Shown here piece by piece: positions 10,907 to 19,673 of a stretch of 64,000 nucleotides of DNA. The notes under the pieces were generated by a model that was not told the DNA's origin, ran no database searches, and worked only from the letters and a program-made list of their open reading frames with translations. Within the stretch, counting starts at the first letter, position 1. Each line of letters begins with the position of its first letter. The stretch spans positions 1 to 64,000 of IMG/VR virus record IMGVR_UViG_3300027971_000039; one strand, written 5' to 3'. Position numbers and translations under genes: made by a program. The DNA is from a virus.

Positions 10907-11215
10907 ATGTTTTTAAAGCTAACAGTGCGTTACACAGGTGAAAAAATTACAGTAAATATATCACAGATTGTATGTTACGAATCCCTTATTGAACCCGATC
11001 AGAATTCAGATAACTATGTTTGTGTTGGTTCTTTTCTAACAACAACACAAGACACGATAAGTTTAAAAGAAACCCCGGAAGAAATTGATAGACTTCTTTT
11101 AAGTTCCTATGTTACGATTAAAGAGGCATATGAAAATAGAACTTCAAAAGTACCACAACATCCGACCAACAGTGAAGTCAATGATTCAGAACAACTTCAA
11201 TCGGGATCACGTTGA
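10907..11215 (+). CDS. FlbD/SwrD-like protein
   Basis: MFLKLT...GEKITVN..QI...E and a downstream I.LKETPEEI resemble the FlbD family. Confidence 0.45.
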   Translation: MFLKLTVRYTGEKITVNISQIVCYESLIEPDQNSDNYVCVGSFLTTTQDTISLKETPEEIDRLLLSSYVTIKEAYENRTSKVPQHPTNSEVNDSEQLQSGSR

Positions 11216-11604
11216 TCTAGTTGCAAATATGGCAGTTGCCTGTAATTGCCCAGTAATTGTTTGTTGTTATTATTACGCAGAGTCATTGGGTTATATGCCA
11301 GAAGAAACAAAAAAACAAATAGATAATCTTATGAACTTCTATAAATATGATACCATTGAAGGTGTAGACTTTTTAAAGGAGTGGAAATGAAGGAAATATA
11401 TCTTGTTGTTAGATGTGACAAGTTTGGCCAAGATTATTTTGACATTCCAATCACAGCGCATTTTTCTATGCAAAGCGCAATGAATCAAGTAAATGAAAAG
11501 AAAGAAATGGATAAATTACTTTATATCAATAATTCAGAATATAAAGTCGTAAACATACCAGTCGTTGAATCATTAACAAATTTACAACAAAAACTAAACT
11601 TTGT

Positions 11605-11892
11605 ATGAAGAAAAAAGAATTTAGTTTTGAAACAAATGACGGAACTACTACAGTAGCAAGTCCTGAATATCGAATAGACCTTTATAGCAAACACGTACAA
11701 CAATCTTTAGTAGAACATCCAGATCATTATAACAAAGGTATTGAATGTTGGGATTACATTGTATCTCACAATATGGGATTCCTTGAAGGCAACATCATTA
11801 AGTACATCACAAGATATAAACTTAAAAATGGTAGGGCTGATCTCTTGAAAGCTAAAGAGTATCTTGATAAGCTATTGGAAGAAGTTAAATAA
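11605..11892 (+). CDS. DUF3310 protein (T7 gp1.7-like nucleotide kinase family)
   Basis: V.HP.HY..GIEC.D.I, F.EGNIIKY..RY..KNG..DL.KA..YL. Confidence 0.85.
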   Translation: MKKKEFSFETNDGTTTVASPEYRIDLYSKHVQQSLVEHPDHYNKGIECWDYIVSHNMGFLEGNIIKYITRYKLKNGRADLLKAKEYLDKLLEEVK

Positions 11893-11910
11893 AAGGAGTA
11901 TTAATAATAA

Positions 11911-12177
11911 ATGAAAAAAATTGTAAATGTTCAAGAAGTTGAAGGTGAAGGATTGGTTGGATTACTTGGTGAACGTGTTGAATTGTTTTGTATGAATTAC
12001 ATTTACACAGGCACACTAACTGGCGTAAATACCAATGATGTTCTTCTTGAAGACGCTGCTATTGTTTATGAGACAGGACCATTTGATGATCCTAAATATA
12101 AGGATGCGCAAAAAGTTGGTAATCTTTATGTAAGATCTAATTCTATTGAATCATATAGGAAGACAAATAAACGATGA
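11911..12177 (+). CDS. LSm/Sm-fold protein
   Basis: Sm1-like L..LLGERV.L....IYTGTLTGV....VLLEDA and Sm2-like GNLYVRSNSIESY; strong AAGGAG RBS. Confidence 0.6.
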   Translation: MKKIVNVQEVEGEGLVGLLGERVELFCMNYIYTGTLTGVNTNDVLLEDAAIVYETGPFDDPKYKDAQKVGNLYVRSNSIESYRKTNKR

Positions 12178-12479
12178 ATATTCGTAGTTTAAAACAAAAA
12201 TGGTCTTGGTCTGGGTCTGGGTTTAGGTCTAAGTCTGGATCTAAGTCTGGGTCTGGATCTGGATCTAGGTCTGGATCTGGATCTGGGCCTGGGTTTTGGT
12301 CTTTGTCTGAATCTAGGTCTGGGTTTTGGTCTTGGTCTAGGTCTACGTCTGGGTTTAGGTCTTGGTCTTGGTCTTCGTCTAAGATTAGGTCTTGGTCTTG
12401 GTAGGTTAATAACGATGAATATTCGTAGTTTAAAACAAAAATGGTCTTGGTCTGGGTCTGGGTTTAGGTCTAAGTCTGG
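12170..12479 (+). repeat. 69-bp exact direct repeat (12170-12238 and 12411-12479) plus TCTNNN hexamer array
   Basis: AACGATGAATATTCGTAG...AAGTCTGG occurs twice, 241 nt apart. Confidence 0.95.
12174..12404 (+). CDS. Ser-X (SG/SW/SR/SK) low-complexity peptide 1
   Basis: ATGA overlap with the LSm gene; built from TCT-NNN hexamers. Confidence 0.55.
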   Translation: MNIRSLKQKWSWSGSGFRSKSGSKSGSGSGSRSGSGSGPGFWSLSESRSGFWSWSRSTSGFRSWSWSSSKIRSWSW

Positions 12480-12519
12480 GTCTAAGTCTAGATCTAAGTC
12501 TGGGTTTATGTCTAGATAA
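12415..12519 (+). CDS. Ser-X low-complexity peptide 2 (34 aa, not in ORF track)
   Basis: Translates as MNIRSLKQKWSWSGSGFRSKSGSKSRSKSGFMSR; paralog of 12174-12404. Confidence 0.5.
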   Translation: MNIRSLKQKWSWSGSGFRSKSGSKSRSKSGFMSR

Positions 12520-12522
12520 GTT

Positions 12523-12690
12523 AATTGGGACGGCGTGGGAAGCTAGGGCTTGGGGCAGCAGCCAAGTGTAAACATCAGTTGAAACCCCTTGGAGACACGC
12601 AGTCACGTACTTAAGAGCGTTATGTACGAGCAACAATAAGACACTCCTTATTGTTTGGCAGGAGTCGCGCCCTGCTCCCAATTTTATCCA
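12523..12690 (+). ncRNA. tRNA-like structured RNA, copy 1
   Basis: AATTGGGA/TCCCAATT closing stem, GCGTG/CACGC stem, GCAGG/CCTGC T-arm-like hairpin, inserted hairpins, downstream TCCA. Confidence 0.65.
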
Positions 12691-12717
12691 ATATGTTAAA
12701 GAAAGGTTAAGTGAGTT

Positions 12718-12900
12718 AATTGGGACGGCGTGGGAAGCTGTGAGGGGGTTGAGCGTAATGGCTCGGATACCGCGAAAGTGGAGTGTTACTCACTAGAGAC
12801 ACGCAAGACACAGAAGCTGCATTGAATGTACTGTTGAAATACCCACGTTAGGGGCTGCTCAATGCTGGCAGGGGTCGCACCCTGCTCCCAATTTTATCCA
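12718..12900 (+). ncRNA. tRNA-like structured RNA, copy 2
   Basis: Same three conserved blocks as copy 1 with different inserted hairpins. Confidence 0.65.
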
Positions 12901-12939
12901 ATATGTTAAAGAAAGTTTAACTTACTGACTAGGAGTGTT

Positions 12940-13149
12940 ATGACATTACCAGATGAAAGAACTAGAGCAATCGTAAACGCTAGAAACTTTCTTTATGATT
13001 TAACCGATCCAAAGAAAACTCCTCGTGTACCCAAAATAGTTAGGGAAAGAGCGCGTCGTATTCTTAAACATTATCCTTGGAACTTGCATTTGGCGATTGC
13101 CGCTGCTGTTATGCCCGATGTGTGGGGTAAACCTGAAAATGGAAAATAA
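12940..13149 (+). CDS. BPSL0761-like small protein
   Basis: MT.PDERTRA....FL..L ... P..VR..A..IL.HYP pattern; AGGAG RBS. Confidence 0.55.
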   Translation: MTLPDERTRAIVNARNFLYDLTDPKKTPRVPKIVRERARRILKHYPWNLHLAIAAAVMPDVWGKPENGK

Positions 13150-13155
13150 CTAATA

Positions 13156-13234
13156 TGGCCCATATCTCCTTCGGCTTATATCCGATAGAAAGAGTAGCGG
13201 TGACACGTGGGTTCAAATCCCACTGCGCCGACCA
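13156..13234 (+). ncRNA. atypical tRNA-like element (UAU anticodon-like loop)
   Basis: Canonical T arm GTGGG-TTCAAAT-CCCAC, 3' ACCA, TCGG-CTTATAT-CCGA hairpin; acceptor stem has one mismatch; no normal D arm. Confidence 0.55.
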
Positions 13235-13240
13235 TTAACT

Positions 13241-14218
13241 ATGAAAAGAAAACTTAAACCAATAAAACAAATCGACATGGCCTGGGGTAGCCCAGCTTTT
13301 CTTTCGCCATATTGGGAAATCAATAAGATCAATGTCGATCACGTAAAAAAGAAAAAAAGCTATTCAATCGGCTCCCGTGCAAAACTTCGGAATAGAATAA
13401 AAGGGTTACATAAAAAAATAGGAAACGCTGAAACAAAAAATAAACATATTGTTGTTGCAGCTGGTGCAACGCAAATTGTATTAGGATTGATGCACGTACT
13501 TCGAGAACAAAATCCGAAAATCAAATCAGCTTGGGCTAAACCACCACACTTCTCCAGATTTCCCAAACTAGCGGACTTTGCAAAGCTAGATTGGTTTAAT
13601 ACAGAAGTAGCTATTACAATCACCAGTAACCCAAACAATCCAGATAATAGTATCTCAGATGAAACAGGATCAACCATTCTGGATCTATGTTATAATTGGC
13701 CACAATATACAGATCAAGTTAAAAAGTATGATCACCCAGTAATGGTATTTTCTTTAAGTAAAGCAACTGGTCACGCAAGCACACGCATAGGCTGGGCTAT
13801 CCTAAAAGATAAAGAATTAGCAAAAGCACTGGAAACTTATATCGAAATAAGTACGGGTGGATTATCAATCGACGCGCAAATCCGTGCTGAAAAAGTAATT
13901 GAACACCAGTTATCCACAGATTATACAGTATTTGATTATGGAAAACATGTTTTAAATGAACGTTGGAAAATCATAAATAAATTAGTAGAAGAAAATAAAC
14001 TTTATTTTACAGTCATGAATTCATCTGGAATGTTTCTTTGGGCCAACGGACTGTGCCCGCCCCACATATCCAAGATAAAAGGATCGGATTTAAAAGCAAC
14101 TGATGAATTCTTTAGATTAAATGTTGGATGTGGGCAAGGTGATTTTGATAACTTCTTACAAACAATATGCAAAGGAATTGACACAAGCCACCTGTATAAG
14201 ATAAAAGTATATTACTAG
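13241..14218 (+). CDS. PLP-dependent enzyme of the alliinase/TAA1 (Alliinase_C) family
   Basis: IVVAAGATQ, PNNPD, DLCYNWPQYT, FSLSKATGHASTRIGWAILKDKELA (PLP Lys) and RLN match TAA1/alliinase motifs as recalled. Confidence 0.8.
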   Translation: MKRKLKPIKQIDMAWGSPAFLSPYWEINKINVDHVKKKKSYSIGSRAKLRNRIKGLHKKIGNAETKNKHIVVAAGATQIVLGLMHVLREQNPKIKSAWAKPPHFSRFPKLADFAKLDWFNTEVAITITSNPNNPDNSISDETGSTILDLCYNWPQYTDQVKKYDHPVMVFSLSKATGHASTRIGWAILKDKELAKALETYIEISTGGLSIDAQIRAEKVIEHQLSTDYTVFDYGKHVLNERWKIINKLVEENKLYFTVMNSSGMFLWANGLCPPHISKIKGSDLKATDEFFRLNVGCGQGDFDNFLQTICKGIDTSHLYKIKVYY

Positions 14219-14324
14219 CCAATGGTTACACCCAGGAACTTATGGTCAGCCCAAAGAGAAGGTCCCATTGGTGAAAGGTTGCAGGCGCGTGTACCTTGGT
14301 TGATAAAAAAACGGGCGCACATTC

Positions 14325-14354
14325 TTGACAGTGAATTAAATCATACTCTATAGT
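14325..14354 (+). promoter_or_regulatory. sigma70-like promoter
   Basis: TTGACA-N18-TATAGT in an intergenic position. Confidence 0.5.
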
Positions 14355-14358
14355 TTAA

Positions 14359-14796
14359 GTGATGCAGAAAACATATAAGTTGAAGCTCGCTCCACAAACT
14401 CTTAAATACCTCAAAAAAATCAAGCGCAAATACAAAGTTAAAGTTTCTGTTGGACCTATTCAAGACTTCTCTATAGATGAGTTCGGACTGGAATCTTCGC
14501 CCGGACTTTTTATTGTTTCCGAAGGAAAACCATACATTTACGTTAGCAACAGACAGCCATACAAGGCTGGTCATGATTATGTTGTTTTACATGAGATAGG
14601 ACACCTTTTATCCGACCGATACAAAATACAAAAAACGAAATACGCTCCGCAGGAGGAGGCGTATGCTAACGGTTTTGCTCTTGCAATTGCAACAGAGTTG
14701 AATTTACCATTAAATAAGTCGATTTTACAAGAGATGGGAGAATACTCTCATTCATTTTTTAAAAGAAATATATCTAGCCGGAAACATAATAAATGA
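14359..14796 (+). CDS. ImmA/IrrE-like metallopeptidase
   Basis: HEIGH followed by EEAYANGFA. Confidence 0.7.
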   Translation: MMQKTYKLKLAPQTLKYLKKIKRKYKVKVSVGPIQDFSIDEFGLESSPGLFIVSEGKPYIYVSNRQPYKAGHDYVVLHEIGHLLSDRYKIQKTKYAPQEEAYANGFALAIATELNLPLNKSILQEMGEYSHSFFKRNISSRKHNK

Positions 14797-15884
14797 AAAA
14801 CAAACTATCACACAGCGCATCGAACCAGTTCATGGATTGTCCCACTAAATGGAAGTTCCATTATGTAGATCGTATTCGTTCCAGAACTCAACATGCAGCA
14901 CTTGCATTTGGCTCCGCCGTTGACTCGGCTGTAACGTCTATGCTTAAAGAGAGCGAGAAGAAACCAGAAGACGTATTCGCTTACTTCTGGCGCTTCCAAG
15001 ACATCAACGGTAAGCAAACCTATCTACCAACTTGTACGCAAATTGTATATGCCAACTCGGATTATGACGAGGAGCTTCTTCTTCCGGAAGACCTTGATAA
15101 ACTTAGGGAAGAGTTTAAACTTGAGAATCCATTAGCAGAAGTTCAAAAGGTGTACTCTGAGAAGGAGTACATGGGCTTCGATGGTTTACCAGAAGACCGT
15201 AAAAAAATTCTTAATTATGCAAATTGGCTATCACTCAATCGTAAAGGTTTGTTAATGATTCAAGCTGTACGAGAAGAGGTAATGCCTAAGATTAAGAAGA
15301 TGCACGGCGCACAGGTCTACTGTAAGCTAGAGAACGATGTTGGGGATCTTATTGTTGGCTACGCCGATATGGTAGCAGAATGGGAAGGATATGATGAACC
15401 TATTATATTTGACTTTAAAACTTCTGCAAAGGATTACGCTATTGATTCGGTACTTACGTCGCCGCAATTAACCTTGTATGTTCATTCACTCAGCAACGAG
15501 TACAAGAATACCCGTCGCGCTGGGTATATTGTCTTAAACAAGAACGTGAGAAAGAACCGAACAAAGATCTGTAAGAAGTGTGATTATGTAAACGAGGGCA
15601 CTAACCACAAGACTTGCAACAATACGGTAGAAGGTCTTCGTTGTAATGGAGAATGGAATTCAAAGCTCGACCCCAAGATTCACGTACAAGTTGTGATCGA
15701 CTTGATTCCAGAGAAGACAGAACAGATTGTCCTTGAGAACTTCGATTACATCAACGCATCTATTAAGAATGGTGTATATCATCGTAACTTCTCAAGCTGC
15801 GTAAAGCCTTATGGAAAATGCACATTCTATAACCTCTGCTACAAGGACAGCATGGATGGGCTTGTTAAGCTGGAGGAAAAGTAA
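14793..15884 (+). CDS. PD-(D/E)XK exonuclease (Cas4/RecB-like)
   Basis: LSHS....F..CP, FGSAV, G.AD...IFDFKTS, QL.LY and C-terminal Cys cluster. Confidence 0.8.
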   Translation: MKNKLSHSASNQFMDCPTKWKFHYVDRIRSRTQHAALAFGSAVDSAVTSMLKESEKKPEDVFAYFWRFQDINGKQTYLPTCTQIVYANSDYDEELLLPEDLDKLREEFKLENPLAEVQKVYSEKEYMGFDGLPEDRKKILNYANWLSLNRKGLLMIQAVREEVMPKIKKMHGAQVYCKLENDVGDLIVGYADMVAEWEGYDEPIIFDFKTSAKDYAIDSVLTSPQLTLYVHSLSNEYKNTRRAGYIVLNKNVRKNRTKICKKCDYVNEGTNHKTCNNTVEGLRCNGEWNSKLDPKIHVQVVIDLIPEKTEQIVLENFDYINASIKNGVYHRNFSSCVKPYGKCTFYNLCYKDSMDGLVKLEEK

Positions 15885-17002
15885 TAATGTTTTGGACAAC
15901 AAGGTCTGGAGATGTAATATATATCTCAAAAATGACAACACAACACATTGAAAACTGTATTCGACATTTAGAATTAAACCCAATTTTTGCTGGTAGTTAT
16001 TCAATAGATTCATCTGAAATTGATTGTCATTTTGATTATGAACTAACTGATTCTTGTATAAAAGCTTTTAAAAAAGAACTGAATAAAAGAAAAAATGAGT
16101 TACGTTGAGCATTGTAAGAAGCACGGTCAGTATCACGGAGAAATCTGTGGTGAGTGTTTTGAGGATCTCAAGGTAGAGAATACCAGACTGCGAGAAGCGT
16201 TAAAATACATTGCCTTTGTTGGCCCCGATCAATGTGAAGATATTCTATTTGGAATTCAAAATAATTGTTTAGCCGAAGTGTATAAAGCTGAAGCGTACCG
16301 AACACTTTGGGAGGAAGAATGACAAACGAAGTAACCCATACGATCTGTCCTGAATGCAGTTTATGTTTTACTCCTGACTCTTACGATATTTTAATTAAAA
16401 GGTTAGTGGCCGATAACGACAGACTGCGAGAAGCCTTACAATCAATTGTAAACAGCGGTCCGGCATCACCCGGTGATAAGAAACATGAAATAGCTAAAGC
16501 CGCATTGATAGGAGAATGATTATGTCATTGGGTTCGTTTTATCTTTTTGCTGGATTCGCTGGTTTATTTCTAGGTGTCGTCATTATGTTAGTGAATAAAA
16601 AATGAAAGAACATTTAATTAGATTAATTCTAGATTTATTCTATGCAGCTTGTTACATATTCTTAACTCATACTGGTTATGACATAACAGATAAGCTTCAA
16701 GCCGGTAAAAAAAATGTTATCGGATATGTTATAGCTTGGATCATAGCTGCAACAATAATGTTTTTCTTAACCAAACAGCGTTACGATAAAGAAGTAGAAG
16801 AGGGTAAAAAAGAAGATGAAATTTAATCCCGAGAATCATGTCGTAGGTAAAGTGTATGATCTTACTCAAGAGAATATGAATGCTATGTTAATTCATATTG
16901 ATACGCTTGAAAAAGAAAACGAGCATCTACACGCAATGTTAACTGCAATTAAACAATCTCTGATTGAAATTAGTATTCAATCGGAAGGCACAGTAATGGC
17001 TA

Positions 17003-17983
17003 TTGACGAAATGGAAACTAATAAAGTATTATAAACTTATGATTAAAAAATATGAGACATTCCTTAAAATTGACAAAGATCATTCACCTTCGCCGGGCAT
17101 TGAAATTGTCGGTAAACTACGTCCTGATGTGTATCGAGTGGATTATGACTATAATACCGATAGTGTAACATTTGTTACGATGGAGTCTAACCACGACGAA
17201 TTGGTTGATCTACCCGGAACAGAGTACGAGGCTGTTATTTCAGACGTTGACACCTTTCTTACACCAGAATGTCAGGCTCGATTCGACGCTGTTGGGTTTT
17301 TACATAAGTTCAATATCCTTTTATACGGCGCCCCAGGTACAGGGAAAACCTGTCTAGTTAATCGTGTTGCACAAAAGGTGATCGCTAGTGGTGGGATTGT
17401 ATTATTCAATCCTACACCTGTTTCATTAAAGACAACATTCACTGCTCTTGATTCTATTCAACCAGAGACAAGAGTTCTTATTATCTTTGAAGAAATGGAT
17501 GACCATGTTCGTCGTGATGAAGCAACTCTGCTACATGTACTAGACGGCGAGGTACAAAAGAAGAACGCAATGTTCATCGCTACAACAAATTACATAAACA
17601 AGATCCCTGCCCGTGTTCGTAGGCCGGGTAGGTTCTCTACTGTTGTGGAAGTTAAATTCCCAAACACAGAAGCACGTCGAGCATATTTAAAAACCAAACT
17701 CAAAGATGCTACTGTTATTGAAACAATTGTGGAAAGAACAAATGACTTTAGTATTGATGAATTGAAAGAAGTTGTTCGCGGACATTACTGTATGGGGAAA
17801 GATTTAAATTCCTACATTAGTTATGTTGCCAAGAATTCAGGCAAGGAAATTGATCAAAAGAATTCTGACGATTATGATGATGATGATCAAGGATTTATCG
17901 GCGACCCTGATGATCTTAGTTACAGACAAGCATTGATTGGATTCTTAAATAAAGAATCAACTTCAATTAAAAAAAGAAGGTAA
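17003..17983 (+). CDS. AAA ATPase 1
   Basis: Walker A GAPGTGKT, Walker B IIFEEMD, SRH ATTN...RPGRF; start may be ATG 17039. Confidence 0.85.
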   Translation: MTKWKLIKYYKLMIKKYETFLKIDKDHSPSPGIEIVGKLRPDVYRVDYDYNTDSVTFVTMESNHDELVDLPGTEYEAVISDVDTFLTPECQARFDAVGFLHKFNILLYGAPGTGKTCLVNRVAQKVIASGGIVLFNPTPVSLKTTFTALDSIQPETRVLIIFEEMDDHVRRDEATLLHVLDGEVQKKNAMFIATTNYINKIPARVRRPGRFSTVVEVKFPNTEARRAYLKTKLKDATVIETIVERTNDFSIDELKEVVRGHYCMGKDLNSYISYVAKNSGKEIDQKNSDDYDDDDQGFIGDPDDLSYRQALIGFLNKESTSIKKRR

Positions 17984-18250
17984 TATGGGCAGACCTAAAA
18001 AACAAGTTGAACCTGAAACACAAACAAACGTACTAAATACGGGGAATACAATGAAAGAACTAAATCAAAAATCCAGTCTTAACGATCTAGCTTTAGGAAT
18101 TGCAAAAACTAAAGATGGATGGGCTGTTGTTGAAATTGCATATAATGCAGAATCTGGTGAATCTGACTTGCAAGATATTCACACAGCTGGTATATCTAGA
18201 GATGACGCAATTGAGTTGTTTAAGATTACAGCAGTGGAGAAAGGACTTGT

Positions 18251-18796
18251 ATGAAAACAGTAACAACACCAAAAGGCACAGCACTCCCTTTAGCAAACCT
18301 AAAGGGAAAAGATTATTTGATGGTTGCTCACAGGCTTCAATGGTTTAATGAAGCTGAAACAAACTTTCGCATTGAAACGGATTTTCTCCTCGTCAATGAC
18401 GATCAAACTGTAGCTCGGGCTACTGTGACCGTTTTTGACAAGGAAGGCAAAGAAGTTAAACGCGCTAGTGCAACAAAGCGTGAAACTAAAAAAGATTTCT
18501 CCGATCATACCGAGAAAGCGGAAACATCGGCGGTTGGTCGTGCCCTAGCGATGCTTGGGTATGGCACACAGTTCGCAATCTCTGATCTTGACGAAGGTGA
18601 TCGGATTGTAGATAGTCCAGTTTTAGATACAAGAGGCGCAGCTTCATCATCTTCAGCAGCATCGTCTGCTGCTGTATCTGCGCTAGAAGCAGGTGTCGGC
18701 TCTATTGCCGATATTAAAAAAGCTGGATCATTTAGAAAGACCCCAGCTAAAAAGCCCGATGTGGCAGTAGGAGCAGAATCAGATGGATGGGAATGA
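18251..18796 (+). CDS. putative Rad52/Sak-like single-strand annealing protein
   Basis: KGKDY..V..R...F and EKAETSAVGRALA.LG; acidic/flexible C-terminus; located near the exonuclease. Confidence 0.55.
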   Translation: MKTVTTPKGTALPLANLKGKDYLMVAHRLQWFNEAETNFRIETDFLLVNDDQTVARATVTVFDKEGKEVKRASATKRETKKDFSDHTEKAETSAVGRALAMLGYGTQFAISDLDEGDRIVDSPVLDTRGAASSSSAASSAAVSALEAGVGSIADIKKAGSFRKTPAKKPDVAVGAESDGWE

Positions 18797-19091
18797 AGCA
18801 GTACAATTAGAACAAGAAATGATTAAACAAGAACAGTTGGCTCAAACTCCACCTGAAGAAGTTGCTGCTTCTATGTTTAATTTATATTTACCACGTTTTC
18901 AAATGATGGTAGATAAACTAAGCAATAAGTCACTAAAACGTGTTCTTAGGGCTTTAATTGAATACCCACTAGTAGAAGAGGACACAAAGTTTTCTTCTGA
19001 CTTGGAAAAAGAAACATTTCTTGTTGCTGAGAATTTGATTCTCGCAAAGATTATGATGATCAATCATACTCTAATGGAACATGAAATGGGG

Positions 19092-19120
19092 TTGCAAAAC
19101 CCAGTATCAAATGATAGTAT
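19092..19120 (+). promoter_or_regulatory. sigma70-like promoter
   Basis: TTGCAA-N17-TAGTAT just upstream of ORF 19144. Confidence 0.45.
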
Positions 19121-19143
19121 CTTAGAAGAAGTTAAACAGGAGA

Positions 19144-19458
19144 ATGAATCAAATGGCTAAATCAAAACGTACTGTAGTTGGGTCTGTCTGTAAATCTAAA
19201 GATACTGGTAAGCCAGATTATCTTGTTCTTCGTGGACAAACAGCAGATGCTCTTGCGAAAGCTCTTCTATCGGCTGATAAACAAAAAGGACTTACCCTCA
19301 AACTAGAGAGCAAGAAGTTCCAAATGGAAAGTCTTGATGCTGCTGTTGCTGGGGGTAAGCTATCAAGCGATCTAGCTGAGAAGATCAAAGCTGATCGTAT
19401 CGAAAAGATTCCTGAATGGGTTCGATTTGAACTTGTTCTAGTTGAATCCCAGAAATAA
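19144..19458 (+). CDS. hypothetical protein
   Basis: Clean ORF with GGAG RBS; no family recognised. Confidence 0.6.
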   Translation: MNQMAKSKRTVVGSVCKSKDTGKPDYLVLRGQTADALAKALLSADKQKGLTLKLESKKFQMESLDAAVAGGKLSSDLAEKIKADRIEKIPEWVRFELVLVESQK

Positions 19459-19673
19459 CCCATAGAATGGGTTCGTGACACCTACCTAATCGTGATGGCG
19501 GTTTGTGTAACTATTTATCCATTTGCAAATTAAATAGTGAGAGTGGTGTGTTCGGGATGCAGTCCCGGTGCTTTGTGGAAAGCAACTTTGTTTTTTTGAT
19601 GGTATCAAAACAATGAAAGCTTATAAGCATCCACCGTATTTTGAAGATTTTGGTGGTTAAAGTCTTCCGTGTG

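Noticed and set aside
12430-12681. Minus-strand ORF with PR/LR repeats
   Set aside because: Antisense shadow of the TCTNNN array, against the direction of the whole arm.
12519-12915. CRISPR mini-array or tmRNA
   Set aside because: There are only two units with three different conserved blocks that pair with each other, not repeat-spacer periodicity; too short for tmRNA, with no tag frame or G3.U70 identity.
14280-14322. SAH or preQ1 riboswitch
   Set aside because: Only superficial resemblance (A-run, GGCGC); the conserved cores are missing.
14793-15884. Cas4 as part of a CRISPR system
   Set aside because: No cas1/cas2 or array; stand-alone nucleases of this type are common phage recombination proteins.
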